Notes under the pieces: model-generated
The model's database searches: none
What the model saw: only the letters and a program-made list of their open reading frames with translations
What the model was told of the DNA's origin: nothing
Made by a program: the position numbers and the translations under genes
Shown here: positions 1-13,807 of the stretch, in pieces
Layout: the number at the start of each line of letters is the position of its first letter
How positions within the stretch are numbered: position 1 is the first letter of the stretch
Assembly: GCA_025201805.1 (NCBI GenBank)
Contig: MU619253.1
Span: 188,202 to 252,201 of the forward strand
Source of the DNA: Parasitella parasitica NRRL 2501
Taxonomy: Eukaryota; Fungi; Mucoromycota
Direction: 5' to 3'
DNA: 64,000 nt

Positions 1-1988
1 GATTATATTATCTAGACTACACGATTGTTGCAAACTAGTGGTTTTACATGTGTAAATGCTTACGCTATGATTATAGCTTTCACTGTGATTGAGGCAACTT
101 CACTTGAGTGTTTAATCGCGTCTTGATATATTTGAATATCACAAATAATCACTCTAAACTTTGGTTTCTTGATACTGTACGGTCCAAAATTAGTTGGCAC
201 GGTTTATTTATTTGGATTTGTCCATAGGACCATACTAAATAAAGTCATCGTTTGTATATATATAAATGATCTTATCTGATATGCTTGAATGGATCAGACA
301 ATTTTAAAGGGAACAATCAAGTTTTCAATAGGCGGTTTTGAATTAAGATTGTCTAGTTATCATGCCAATGACATATAAATTGTATAATATTTTGTTTTGT
401 CAATTAAAAATAGATACCCATGTATATGCGGAATTAATCTGCCTATGTTTGGAGAGATTGCATATGCATAAATACACATTGATCCAGGCATGTTGACAAG
501 TAGAGCAATGCATATACACATTGATGGCTCTTTTCACATGTTTTCGCACAAATTATCCCGAAATCTGCCTACAACCTTGGTTGCTTTGTAAATCAAGTGT
601 GTCTGATAATTGTAGCATTTATGAAACAAGCAACTAAATTTTTACAGGCCGGCTTCATTTACAACATCTAGGTGTATAATAATGGTTAAAGTACAAGATG
701 TAAAAGGGTAGTAATGCTGTGTTCAGCAGTGACATTTTCTGTGATTCTGGATTAGCAACTTGTCTAGTTTTCTTCCGATAATGAGGTACAAGCCTTTCTG
801 CATGGACATCTACGGCCAATCAAGAAGCAAGACCAGGAGACGGATAGTGTCCACGTAAAAAATGCGGTTGTGGGAGATCTGAAATGTGATCTAGCTGAAA
901 GGTCATAACACAAAAGATGGCGGATGTAAACTAAATTTTCTAGAGTATAATCCTCCGTCAGTGCAAAGAACATGGTCGAAATTCAGGGTTTTAATTCTGT
1001 CATGTGTTTTTTTTTTTTTTTTTTTTTCGCCCAAAGTGCATTGTGCTTTCAATGCTGTATTATATGCAGATTTTCGTTTCTTGTTGTTTAAATAAAATTA
1101 TGACCTTTTGTGCGACAAATATTGCGTAACGTAGCAGTATCAATGATTAGGATTACCCCGCTTTTTTTCATGGCCCATTTGCAGCTGATTGGATTTGCTA
1201 GATCAAAGAAAAAATCTTAAATGTTCCTGTATCGTGGGTAAATTTTTCATTGAGCAACAAAAAAAAATCCCTTCTCTCTCCTAGGCCTTGTACTGAATGT
1301 TCCTGTACTTGCACTTTATTGATTCAAAGAAACTGCTGCACAATGACATGCAGAAAATGTTGCTATTGGTGTACTCGGCCTAGCTTTTTAAATATGCCAA
1401 ATAAAGAGATTTTAATCTTATTACATGTAAATTATGCGTGTATTCTCCATTGGTCATCAAAAATTGGAATGTTGAAAAGGAGAAAATGTAAAACTGTCTT
1501 TGGCCCTCCATATTCTTTATCCGGCGCATGTACGGAGCCTCAATCATTATCGTTTATACCCTTTTGCACAATCAGTATTTATACTGTACGTCATGGAGGA
1601 TATCGGTATAAACCGATTGTTATTGGTGTACAAGCGATATAATGGAATTTGAAATCGCTGGTTTAGATCTGCGAGCTGATGTCCCGGATGGATCCAAAGC
1701 GACAGCGTCAGCAAGGAGAAGAAGCAATGTGCAAGGCACAGGACTGATACCAAGGACATAACCGTAATCCATGGTCAATTCCTTCCGTACTTCCTTGGCC
1801 TAGTCCATGTGAATATGATAAAACAAGCATGTGATACCATTAAAAAAAAAAAAAAAAGCTTGTAGTTAACTCGGTGGACTAGCAGTCCTTAATATAGATT
1901 AGAGAGACAAAAGGTGTAGAAGCTCTAGTATAAATACAAGTCCACATGCCAATTCCTTTTTGTTCCTCTTTTCCCTTAACAATTTCAA

Positions 1989-3917
1989 ATGTCTGTCTTG
2001 TCTCAAACCGCAAAACTCATCAAATCCAACGTCCCTGGTGTCGCCGTCTTGGCACCTGTCAATGCTGCCGAAGCTGAAATCCTCTCTCCTCAAGCTTTGC
2101 AGTTTGTTGCAACCCTTCAACGTATCTTCAACCCCACCCGCAAAACATTATTGCAAAAGCGTGTGCTCCGTCAGCAAGAGCTTGATCGCGGCGTCCTCCC
2201 CGACTTCTTGCCAGAGACTGCCTTCATTCGCAATGACCCCAACTGGCGTGCTGCTGCTCCTGCTCCTGGCCTTCAAGACCGCCGTGTTGAAATCACCGGT
2301 CCCATCGACCGCAAAATGGTCATCAATGCCTTGAACTCTGGCGCAAAGACTTTCATGGCTGATTTCGAAGGTAAGCGCCATTAATTGACATTTTACGCAT
2401 TGATTCCAAATTATACTCATGATGCTTTAGATTCTACCGCTCCCACTTGGGAAAACGTCATCTCTGGTCAAGTCAACATGCGCGATGCTGTTCGTGAGAC
2501 TATTGATTTCACTAACCCCAATGGCAAAAAGTATGCTCTTCGCAAGGACGGCAAATTGGCTACTCTTCTTGTTAGGTAAGACACCACAAATTTCCTTTTT
2601 TGGGAGCCGTGTGTGGAGTAAAAAAAAAGAATCATGTGTGTGTGTGGAATGAACACGTCCACAATTGATGGGCTTCATCCACGGCGAATTTGAAAAGCGA
2701 TATGATTGGGCTAACTCGTGTATAATAGACCTAGAGGCTGGCACATGCTTGAGAAGCATATCCTCGTTGATGGCGAGCCCTGTTCTGCTTCTATCTTTGA
2801 TTTCTCTCTCTACTTTTACCACAACGCAAAAGAGCTTGTCAAGCGTGGTAAGGGCCCCTACTTTTACTTGCCCAAGATGGAGTCTCACTTGGAAGCCAGG
2901 TAAGATTTTAAGGGTTTGCCTATGGCTTATTTGCAATGGGGAACTAACACATCAGCGCCTAGACTCTGGAACGACATCTTTAACACTGCCCAAGATATGA
3001 TCAACATTCCTCGTGGCACTATCCGTGGTACTGTCTTGATTGAGACCCTTCTTGCCGCCTACGAGATGGACGAAATTATCTACGAACTTCGCGACCACTC
3101 CTCTGGTTTGAACTGCGGTCGTTGGGATTACATCTTCTCCTTCATCAAGAAGCTCCGCAACCACCCCGAATTCGTCTTGCCTCAACGCTCTTCTGTCACT
3201 ATGACTGTGCCCTTTATGGATGCCTATGTCCGTTTGTTGATCCAGACTTGCCACAAGCGTGGTGTCCATGCTATGGGTGGCATGGCCGCTCAGATCCCCA
3301 TCAAGAACAACGCCGAAGCCAACGCTGCTGCCATGACCAAGGTCCGTAACGACAAGCTTCGTGAAGTCGCTGCTGGCCATGACGGTACCTGGGTTGCCCA
3401 CCCTGACCTCGTCAAGATTGCGCTTGAGATCTTTGACGAACACATGCCTCAACCTAACCAACTGCATATCCGCCGCGACGATGTCAAGGTCACAGCTACT
3501 GATTTGATCGACATCAACTTCAAGGGCACTATTACTGTCGACTCTATCCGTGAAAATGTTCAAATCGGTCTTGCCTATATGGAAGCATGGCTCAGAGGCG
3601 TCGGATGTGTGCCAATCCACAACTTGATGGAAGATGCTGCTACGTACGAAATCAGTCGATCACAATTATGGCAATGGGCCCGTCACCAGCCTTCCACTGT
3701 TGACGGCAAGAAGGTTACTGGTGACCTCTGTTTGCAGGTGCTCAACGAGGAAATTGAAAAGATCAAACAACAACTTGGCTCCAAGTACGCCAACACAAAA
3801 TACGACGCTGCCAAGGCTGCATTTGCCACTAATATCACTGGTGAAAGATACGATGACTTTGTAACTACCATGTTATACGACTCTATTGTCACCGTTCATA
3901 CCAATTCTCGCTTGTAA
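1989..3917 (+). CDS. MLS1: Malate synthase A (glyoxylate cycle), 4 exons, C-terminal PTS1 (SRL)
   Basis: Spliced ORFs 1989, 2385, 2718 and 2916 give [45 protein letters not shown] and [16 protein letters not shown] introns start at about 2371, 2576 and 2900. The protein ends TNSRL*. Confidence 0.97.
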
Positions 3918-3940
3918 TATAATCAAATTATTTGCTTGTA

Positions 3941-3982
<42 letters not shown>

Positions 3983-4126
3983 AGCTCATGGAAAATAGCT
4001 GTTGTAACATAAAAAGTATTATAAACTGCCTGCCTTTTTTAAAAGTGTAATATGGTCTTCACTGATTTATCAACTCTGATGAATGAGTGCACCAGTGAAA
4101 AGAAGTTTATTTGGTGGATGATATTA

Positions 4127-5580
4127 TTACAGTTCCTTCTTGTCTTCAACAGTGATGGGCTTGTCCTGGGTAGGTGCAATACCAAGAGCCTTCAATCTCT
4201 CTACTAGGCTAGGATGAGAATGATTCCAAGCAGAATACCAGGGATCTACGTTGAAACCACCCAGATTCTTGACACTAAGCTTGATCAAAGCGCTTCGCAA
4301 GGTGGAAGCATATCCCAGCTTGAGAGCATAAGCATCAGCTTCGTACTCGTTTTTGCGCTGGTAAACATGCTGCAAGAACCCAATGACGCTTTCAACGGGA
4401 GAGTAGATGAACTGGAACAACAAGAAGCCAATCAGAGTGGGCATAGTAGTAAATCCAAAGTCTTGATAGAGCTGTCTGTTGTGGATAAAGAATGAAAATA
4501 GCCAAAAGATGGTCAGCAGGTAGACTTGATTCACAGCAAGTAGTTTGAGCGTGTGGCCCATCTTCCAATGGCCGAGTTCGTGGGCTAACACGGCACAAAT
4601 CTCGTCAGTGTTAGAGTGGTCAATCAGGGTATCATACAGGACAATGTGCTTGTTCTTGCCAAAGCCGTAGAAATAGGCGTTGCTGTGGCCAGAGCGCTTT
4701 GATCCGTCAATGACGTACAGTTTCTTGAGAGGAAAGCTGATACGGGCTGCCAATTCTTCAATGCGTGTTCGCAGTTCACCTTGTTCCATGGGCGTCAGTT
4801 TGTTGAACAGGGGCTGGATATAGGTCGGATATACGGTGATGATGAAAAGCTGGAAAACGATGACAATCAGCCAAACGTAAAAGTAAAAGTTGTCGCCAGT
4901 CGATTTGATAATCCACAAAAACGCAGACATGAAGGGGAACATGAAGACTGCCATGACCAGTTGAGATTTCACGAGGTCGGCAAAGTACAATCCAAGCGTT
5001 TGGTTATTGAACCCATGGCGCTGCTCCACGACAAAGGTGGAATACAGACTGAAGGGCATTTGAGTCACAGTCGAAATCAACGAAAAGAGCGTCAGAAATA
5101 CGAGCGATTGAAGAATCTACCAATTTAGTAAGACACCCGTTTGCCCGTCCTTTCATTCATTTGCCTGACAAACCTCGAATTCAGTGCCGTATCCAGAGAC
5201 CTTGAGTAAGATTTGCCCGGAAATGTCCCAAATTTTGGGAAGCGCATCGTAGTGGAGCATCAAGACAGTTTCAATCTGCTTGTATACACCCTCCACAAAG
5301 GCAAATCTCGACTTGTCATAGTTGTAAACTTGAGCCTTTTTAAAGTCTTCCTCGCTCACAATGTCTGCGAGTTCGCTAGGACGCTTGGGCATCAAGTAGC
5401 GAGTGTATTGACGGTAGCTAGGCAGCATGTAAGCGCATTATTAATCAAGGGAAAAAAAAAAAAAAAAAGGGGATTTTTGGCTTACTTGAGATACTGCTCA
5501 AACACATAAACAATACATGAAAATGCCAGTACAAACTGCTTGTAGTCTATTCTCTCCAATTGGGCAAATATACCTTCCAT
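4127..5580 (-). CDS. STE24: CAAX prenyl protease 1 (peptidase M48 zinc metalloprotease), 3 exons
   Basis: HELGH zinc motif, DGSKRSGHSNAYFYG, EYEADAYA, HSHPSLVERL and several TM segments. ATG at 5580. Confidence 0.96.
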
Positions 5581-5731
5581 TTTGATTAACACACAGGGAA
5601 AGGGAGAGAAACAAAAGGCACTGACGCGTGAATGCCTTGTTAACTGCCCCTGTGACTCTTGAAATGCCTCAACTGAGCTCAATAACCTCGTGTATATTAT
5701 AATGTGTCTTCTTTTCTGATGTGTAATCACC

Positions 5732-7104
5732 ATGGCAGAGAATTCGAGTGTATTTGGTCTTCGACGTCAAGTAAGTTGGATCCAGGCAAGGGTAGCTTGA
5801 AATTGAGCTGGTGTTTTTTTGTGCATTTAGGCAAGGTGTCTGACTCCAGTTATAAGCAGCACCGAGCACAGCAAATTTCTTGCAGGCACTGTGGGGGCAA
5901 AAGACAACGTGGTATGTCTGTTGGAATATGATGACGATGATACCACAATCACCCCTACAATGTACAGCCACCCCGAGGAAGTATGGGATATCGTATCCTG
6001 CCCTGCAGACGAGCATCTACTGTTCACTAGCCATAGTCCTGTCTCGGGCGATCCTTTGAAGAAAAGAGCAACTCTGTGGAGAAAACCAGCTACCGACACA
6101 ACAGAAGACCAGCGCTATGAGCTAACTGCGCTGGCGACGCTCGAACAAGAAGGCATAAGAAAGTAAGGACTGGATGCATTGAGCGATATGCAGGACCTAA
6201 CTGTCGAGCAGAGTCTTGTGGGACCCAAAAGACGAAGGTCGCCAGATCATATCAATAGACGCCAGCAATATACACCTCTCATCCATACACGGTGCCAAGT
6301 GCCAGGTATATGAAATTGAGACAAGCTACGTCAAACTCCGCATATTGGCTCACTATAATTCGCATATACATCATAATATAGAACACACTCACAATGGATG
6401 CATCACCCACATTCTCGACAGAGACTAATTCGACTTCACTAAGACAACTGCAAAATGCCGTGTGGAATCCACATCAGCCAGAAATCATCGCGGTGGGTGA
6501 TCGCACATTGTCAGGCTGGGATTTGAGGTCAGGAAAGAGCAGCTTTAGTCGAGCAGACACGCACAAAAGCACCGTTCGTGCTGTCGACTATAATCCCAAC
6601 AAGCCTTACTGCGTGGCCACAGGTGGCGATGATGCTATGGTAAACATCTGGGATGTTAGACAGTTGTCGCAGCCAACGATGGTGGTAGAGGGCCATTCAC
6701 ATTGGGTCTGGTCTGTCGCATTCAATCCGCTGCAAGACCAATTGCTACTTACGTCTGGATCCGATACGCTAGTGAATCTGCATAACGTGGTTTCTATTTC
6801 CTCTGCTTCCTATATTGATAGTTCGAGTGAGGATGATGAAAACGATGCAGATGCCGGTGATTACGGACGAAATGCGTAAGTTTCCCTGTTGCATAATGTT
6901 TGATCTGTACTGAAATACGCACTTTTACATAGTAAGAAACCTACAGATGGCTTGATCTGTACATACGATCAACATGAGGATAGTGTGTACAAGGTTGCTT
7001 GGAGCCCAGCAGGAATATGGACATTTGCCTCTATTTCGTATGCTGGACGAGTTGTTATTAGCCAGGTTCCAATTAGCGAGAAATTCAAAATACTAGGTGT
7101 GTGA
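5732..7104 (+). CDS. EIPR1: WD40 protein, EIPR1/TSSC1-like (EARP/GARP-interacting)
   Basis: N-terminus MAENSSVFGLRRQ|ARCL..FLAGT. Also DYNPNKPYCVATGGDD, HSHWVWSVAFNP..DQLLLTSGSD and a last exon with HEDSVYKVAWS..WTFASISYAGRVV. Confidence 0.88.
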
Positions 7105-7455
7105 TAAATAAAAACGCTAGATGCCACATCTTGAACGAGAGTTCTCTTTTCCCGTGAGGATGTGTATATACAGTATGCAACTGGTCTTTTTTTGTTTTTT
7201 TTTTGTTTCAGTTAAACGTAAAGAAAAAGGCGGCCCCGGCTTGAGCGAAGCCTATTGCGAGCCGCCAAATCAAAAAATTATGCGTTCGATATGTCTTGAT
7301 TGCCATACCGCAGGAGTAAACTAGACTCCCGCCATATCAGCCTTCTCAAGAGAAGGAATCATGGCACGCCCTTTTTTAAAGGTCACATACAGCAACTTCA
7401 GATAGCACCTTACATCTTTACAATCAGCTTGAACGACTTGTGGGAGTCTTTCGCA

Positions 7456-8797
7456 ATGAATTACCCTCCCTTGCATAATGAGATTCAAGCGGATGACTGG
7501 ACATATGTGGGTGAAGGCAACCAAAACTTGGTGGTGAAATACACGGGTTTATCGGAAGCATTTGTAAGATTTTGCCAGCATTAGGAGTCCAAAGCAATTA
7601 ACACCACCTTGAATAGTCTGGAAAAGTGCTGCGCCTTGTCAAGGGCAACAGTAAAATCAAGCACGTCGATGAGCAGGCGCTACTTTTACAGAAAGCGTTT
7701 GTGGACAGAGTAGTTGGGCCACTTTTGGGAAAAGAATACATAACAAGCATGGTAAATAGACAAATAACACTGTTGCCATTCTTTACATTTTGAATTTCAT
7801 CAAGGAACCTGTTTCCACTTCTGAACTATTCTTGAGCCGATTGGCAGCAAACATTCGCAATAGTCGACCATCAAAGCGTCTTGAGACTGAGATCATTGCT
7901 GATGCACCAGTTTCCTTTGTCATGGCAGACTTGACACAAATATGGCCAGGGAGCCCCACGCTCACGTTTGAACTCAAGGTACGGACGGCATAGCCATCCC
8001 AGATCACTTGCCTTGTGCTAATCAACCTCAAATAGCCTAAATGGGGATTCAAGCCCTCTTCTGATACCGTGGCCAAAATCAAATCCATGTACTGCCGTTA
8101 TTGTATGCATTCTCATATGCGCCAGATAAACTTAAATGGCTATTGTCCCTTAGACCTGTACTCGCAGAATCCGCCATCGCTTCTCAAGGCACTTGATGTG
8201 CTGCTAAAAAAAGCGCCCGTAGAAAAAACACTCAAGGTATCGATCAATGGAGAGTATACCTCTTTAACCAGCAGAGATCCAGATGCAGAATATAAATCGC
8301 TACTGGACATTCGCTGGCGGGAACCATTGCTTACTCAAATACTATGTGCTATATTGCTGCAAGATCCTATATTGCCGAAACTGAAAACCCTACAAGCAGA
8401 TTTAGATGAACTGGATGTGGAGAATATATTGCCTCTCTATCTCCAATTAGACAATGTACAAGCAGACATAGACTCGCTTATAAAAGTTATGGAAAACTAC
8501 AAAAGGCGAAAGTTGGACACCAATACCCCTATAACAAATGTACAAAGAGTGCTTGAATATGTGCTCTCCATGACATTTAAAGATTGCTCAATCATGATAA
8601 ACGTAGTGCCAGTAAAAGAAGAGGCTCAAGATAACAAAATCGTTACTCTAGATAACGGGCTTATTTTCAACTATGATATAAAAGTCATTGACACTGATTT
8701 GAAAAGCTTGAGTAAAATACCTTACTGGCATGAATTAGACAGATCAATCGCAGTGCATGCCATGAAAACAGGTTTTTCAAAGGATAGGGCATTTTGA
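7456..8797 (+). CDS. IPK1: Inositol-pentakisphosphate 2-kinase
   Basis: YVGEGNQN, ELK|PKWGF, CRYCMH, YCPLDLYS, LSMTFKDCSIMI and IDTDLK motifs across 4 exons. Confidence 0.9.
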
Positions 8798-8902
8798 GGT
8801 TCCTATGCTATAATAAACTTTCATTTTTGCCGATATAAAACGTCTTGCAGGTCAATAATGTAAAACACACACTATACGCTTTTTTTTTTTTTTTTTTTTT
8901 TT

Positions 8903-8912
8903 NNNNNNNNNN
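8903..8912. other. Assembly gap (10 N) next to a poly(T) run
   Basis: N run visible in the sequence. Confidence 0.99.
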
Positions 8913-10219
8913 TTCGATCTGCAAATCTTTATGTGCACTCACATACAAGCATACATTTCTACAAAACGTCTGTATGTTGTGCTATAACTGAGGCATCATT
9001 GGAAACCGTGGTCAAGCAAGAAATGCGACATAGAACTAGCATAGTTTGAAATATAGATAGATGCCTCGTCGAGTTGAAAATCGACATTAAGGCACTTGTG
9101 CTAATCTACATCTTCATATTTATGCTGTTTCTATATTAAATGTACATATGCATAGTAACACCTTGTAATTAAAATTTTATATTTATAACACCCATGTACA
9201 AACGTCAATAATTATGTACATATTTACATAGCATTTCTGAATAGATGCAATTGAATAATAGTCTCGAGGGATCTATATATAAAATGAATTAATCTGACAT
9301 TAATATACTTGGCATTTTGGTTTTTTAGTAAAATGATATCATGCGTCGTCCGGATGATTCCTTTTTTTTTTTTTTTTAGTTGCTTGGTAGATTAGTTGTA
9401 TTGACAGTGTTTCATCAAGTATATTGAGCTTGTGATAATCGATAATGGGGTTTCGCTTACTCAGTCTTTTCCTAAATTTATCTAGAAGCTTCAGCAGCAA
9501 GCCGATAAGGTTCTCTTCTCATCCGTCATTTCTTTGTCTCCACAAAAAGGTGTGTTTGATATAATTAATATCATGACGGGAACGTGTTCGGTTTGTGATG
9601 AAATTTGAAACATACATTATGCTAATAATGCCATTTCTCGCCTTTTTACGAATACAATAACATCATATTTAAATTTCTCGACGAAACAACAGTTTTCTGG
9701 ACATTAAAGGATCCATCTCATGAGGCTGACATATAGATATATAATCTTGTATTATCTATTTAGTGCGAACAAGGTGCATGATGTGGACCGATATTTTGTT
9801 GAGTGAATTATATGGTACGATTTTCCAAACGTGCGGCACTTTTATTCCCCTCAGCTATGTGTACCTGCGTACATTTACATTACTTTATAGCGCTCTCTTT
9901 TCGTATTTCGGTCCAATCGTCTCTATAGGATAGTGCATGATATCGTGGATTTTCAATATCAGGACGCTACATGCATATTTTAAACTGTAAGATATCCTTA
10001 AATCAACAAATTCCGTTAGAATAAGCACTTGTACGTGCAACGGAACACTGCAAACAAACAGTTACACAATGCCTACATATCAGCAATACTGCCCGCAAAT
10101 TAGATAATAATCATCTCATAAAAATCATCAAACAAATCATGCCAATAATGCAATTTTGTAATATTAATCTACCACAGTTTAAACAGCAATATATACACAT
10201 GGAGTGAAGCGGCAAAAAA

Positions 10220-10229
10220 NNNNNNNNNN
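10220..10229. other. Assembly gap (10 N) inside a poly(A) run
   Basis: N run visible in the sequence. Confidence 0.99.
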
Positions 10230-10598
10230 AAAAAAAAAAAAAAAAAAAAAAAGATTTTATATGATCCGGGTGAAATTGGCGAAGCGTATTAAAGTAATCA
10301 GATGCAACATATATATTGACTCAAATCTAACGGGTAAATGTGTAGCTGCGCATTAAAAAAATGTCTCAAACCAAGTGAACATGGCAACAAGTGTGCATTA
10401 TCTGATTGGCTTTTAGTCGATAATCAAATGTCGTTTTTGTTGGATGCTCTATTACTCATAATTGACTGGGATAGAATGCTGGTATGACTAATTTTGAGTA
10501 TCGGACAGCCATGAATCATATAAATAGACAGATTTACCATTAATCACTCGTTCCTTTTCCAACATACCTTTACATACTAAAGAAAAAACAAAACAAAA

Positions 10599-11013
10599 AT
10601 GGACCTTTCCTGGTGTATTATCTGTGATTGTCACTGTATTGACAATGATGTAAGTTTATCTTTGCTATATGAATAGTAGTATCGGTATGCTGACAACCAT
10701 CATAAATCAGCTTTACTGCTCTGAATCCTGTCGCTTTCAAGACAACACAGATCAACCTCAACTTTGCAAAGCCAAGAAGCCAAATGATAAAACCGACATG
10801 TTCAAATCTTCACCTTCTCTTGTCTCACCGCCTATTTCTCCTGTTCTTGGCCCGTTTTTGTATTCATTCCAATCTTACGACCGTCGTCGCTCTGCTGGAA
10901 CTATAATGCATGCTACTGCAACCATCTCGACTCATACAAATTACCAGTATTATCCCTATCAGTTCACTCCTAGCTCTCCCTCTGAATCTTCGCTTTTTGC
11001 TGATGACACATAG
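10599..11013 (+). CDS. Ecl1-family (chronological-lifespan extender) small zinc-binding protein, 2 exons
   Basis: Exon 1 MDLSWCIICDCHCIDND, intron 10650-10710, then LYCSESCRFQD followed by a Ser/Pro-rich tail. CxxC...LYCSxxC is the Ecl1 signature. TATAAA about 75 bp upstream. Confidence 0.75.
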
Positions 11014-11723
11014 TTTTCTACCTTTTGTTTCCACAGATAATCGAAATTGCATTGTTTTCCTTAATTAATTTCCACGGGTCCAGGCTGTATTTTATCCCTA
11101 GACCAAATAGGACGAAGAAGATCCAGCACAACCCGCCCACTCCGGATGTTTCCCGAATGCACAAATTGGTCGGAACGCCCGTCTCTGAAAAGGGCGCACT
11201 TGCTACCACATTCCTACCGTTTTACATCCACCTTGATAATATAGAACTTGCATTGTATATATACATATAAAAAGTAGTAAAAAATTAACATTAATAAAAA
11301 TTGAGATTAGTAGCTATATTATTGTTTGTTTGTCAAAAAAGAAAAAAAAAAAAAAGACCTAATGGGCGAGTGCGGATGCAGGTGGTGGATCCAGGTTCCA
11401 GAATGCAATCTCAAGGGTGTCCTTACTTTAATGCACACACGAAATCGGCCCACATTCTGCCGCATGCTCGTGCCAAACAATTTAATAAAGTTTAACCCTG
11501 TTATAAATAATATCTGCTCGATACCACAGTACACAGCAGCAGCAGCAGCAGTGCGATTAGTTGATTATCAAAGCTCTGCAAGATAAAAAGAGGAGCTAAA
11601 GCAACATCAACCCTCCTCCAAAAACGAGACCCTTCTTTATGGTTCAGCAATAAAATGATCGGATTATCTTTTTTTTTCCATTCTTCTCTTTTTCCTTTTT
11701 CTTCTTTTTTTTTTAATTAAATC

Positions 11724-12682
11724 ATGCAAGAAGAGGATAACTTGGTATTGCATTATCATGATGTCGTTATTCGCCAGTCCGTAAGGTTTGTTGTCAATTA
11801 AAGATGAGGCGCTTAATTGACTGCCAGATAAATAGGATCTAGACACCTTGGCGCCAGGACACTGGCTAAACGACACAATGATTGCATTTCATATGGAGTT
11901 TCTGGAAAGGACATTTGTTCCCAAAGATGCCAAATACCTGTTTTTACGGCCTGGTATAGTGCATCTGATAAAATTTGCACAAGGTGAGTCATTTGCTTCA
12001 ATGCATGTCGTGCAAGTCAAATCGTATTCATTGCGAAAAAAAAAAAAAAAAAAAAAAGATGTCATGCAGCTAGAGCCAGCATTGCCGCCTCAAATGGACC
12101 AGTACGAGGCCATCTTTATTCCTGTCAATGATGGTGACCCATACCAAGCTTATAGCGGGACACATTGGTCCGTCATGGTATACGTTCGACCTACCAATTC
12201 GTTTTACTACTACGACACGCTCAAGTTCAACAATCTACGGGATGGCGAAGTAACGAGCAAACGCATCCAGCCACTTTTGAAACAGAACAAGCCTGCTCAG
12301 TTTATACCCAGTAGCACTCCTCAGCAAATTAATGGATCCGACTGTGGAGGTATGTGTATGTATATCGGATGTGGTTGCTAGGCAGTCTAAACAAGCATGT
12401 GCCGTAGTGTCTGTAATCAGTATCATCGACTACACGCTGCATCAGCTCCTCAAAAGTCGAGACAAAAAGGACGCTGTCGAGTACAGCAAGATCATGATCC
12501 TCAAAAGCAAACATCTTTCCACGCCGAAACAAGTGCGAGACAACATCAATGGCATGATTAAACGGCTCCAGCAGCGCTCCAAAGCTGACAGTAGCACTCC
12601 ATCTTGCGCATCATCTTGCGCATCATCTTGCGCATCATCTTGCACACCACCTTGCTCATCATCCTCGGCATCAAACAAGTAG
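11724..12682 (+). CDS. NEDD8-specific protease (SENP8/NEDP1, Ulp1/C48 family)
   Basis: LHYHDVVIRQSD, WLNDTMIAF, catalytic GTHWS, YYYDT and QQINGSDCG. The C-terminal tail carries a 12-bp (SCAS)x3 repeat. Confidence 0.88.
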
Positions 12683-13236
12683 TAGTCATAAATAATAAAA
12701 ACTCCTCCTTGCCCTGCTACTTTAGCCAATGATGACCATGTATTCGACATAAATTTTTTCAAAAGAGAAAATTTTTTTTCGTGCACAACAAAAGTTTGAT
12801 CACGACAATTCGTTGCTCTTTCTTTTCTCCCTCTTTTTGTTGGAATAGGTGCGTACAGCTACGTTGCAGAGCTTTCTTTTTCTCTCTTGTTCGTCGCCAG
12901 ATGCTCCCGTTGTCGCCCTGTATATTAGATCGGCAAAAATTCATGGACATTCAACCAACATTTTTCACACCAGCGTCTCGATGGACGATCATTTTTTCAA
13001 GGGCAATGGAACATCGTACAAGCCACCCAATAATGGAATTGCAATGTTGGACATCCATGTGGACCGAGTGCATATACAAAGAAAAAAAAAAGAAAAAAAG
13101 CAAAAAACAAAGGCATGCAGACTGTGACAAAGGACAAGAGAGATTGAGAGAAACTGTCGCGTACATGATTAGATTTGCAATCCACTGACTTTTTTTTTTT
13201 TTTTTCTTGCAAATATTAGCTCTGTATAAAAGTAAA

Positions 13237-13807
13237 ATGAACGCTGACAAACTCCAAAAGCTCCAAGCTCAAGTCCGTATCGGTGGTAAGGGCTCTCCCC
13301 GCCGTAAGGTCAAGAAGACCCCCAACAAGTCTGGTTCTGGTGATGACCGTAAGCTCTCTGCTGCCCTCCAAAAGTTGAACGTCCAACCCATCCCCAATGT
13401 TGACGAGGTCAACATGTTCAAGGATGACGGTAAGGTTATCCATTTTGCCAACCCTCGTGGTAAGTCTTCCGTTTATGCAAAGCTGTACGCTCCTGTGTAT
13501 TAAAGCCTATCGTGTAGTCCAAGCTGCTGCCAACGCCAACACCTACGCCATCCACGGTCGTTCTACCGAGAAGGAATTAGCTGAGCTCATCCCCGGTATC
13601 TTGAACCAATTGGGCCCTGATTCCATGGCTGCCCTCAAGAAGCTTGCTGAATCTTTCCAACAAGCTCAAGGTGAATCCGCCGGTGCTGACGATGACGAGA
13701 TCCCCGATTTGGTAGAGAGCTTCGATAAGGCTGAGGTTGAGGATAAGGCTGAGGCCGCTGAGACCACTGAGGCCAAGACTGAGGAGAAGAAGGAAGAGTC
13801 TGCTTAA
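13237..13807 (+). CDS. EGD1: Nascent polypeptide-associated complex beta subunit (BTF3)
   Basis: [46 protein letters not shown] and DDEIPDLVE. One coding intron at about 13460-13517. A probable 5'UTR intron at about 12849-13219. Confidence 0.96.

Noticed and set aside
2952-3620. 222-aa antisense ORF within malate synthase (and similar ones at 29269-29742, 29906-30274, 49249-49905, 53287-53721)
   Set aside because: Shadow ORFs produced by the codon bias of the real genes on the opposite strand; no motifs.
12726-12800. ATGATGA box-C-like motif
   Set aside because: No downstream CTGA box D at a suitable distance; lies in the terminator/promoter gap.
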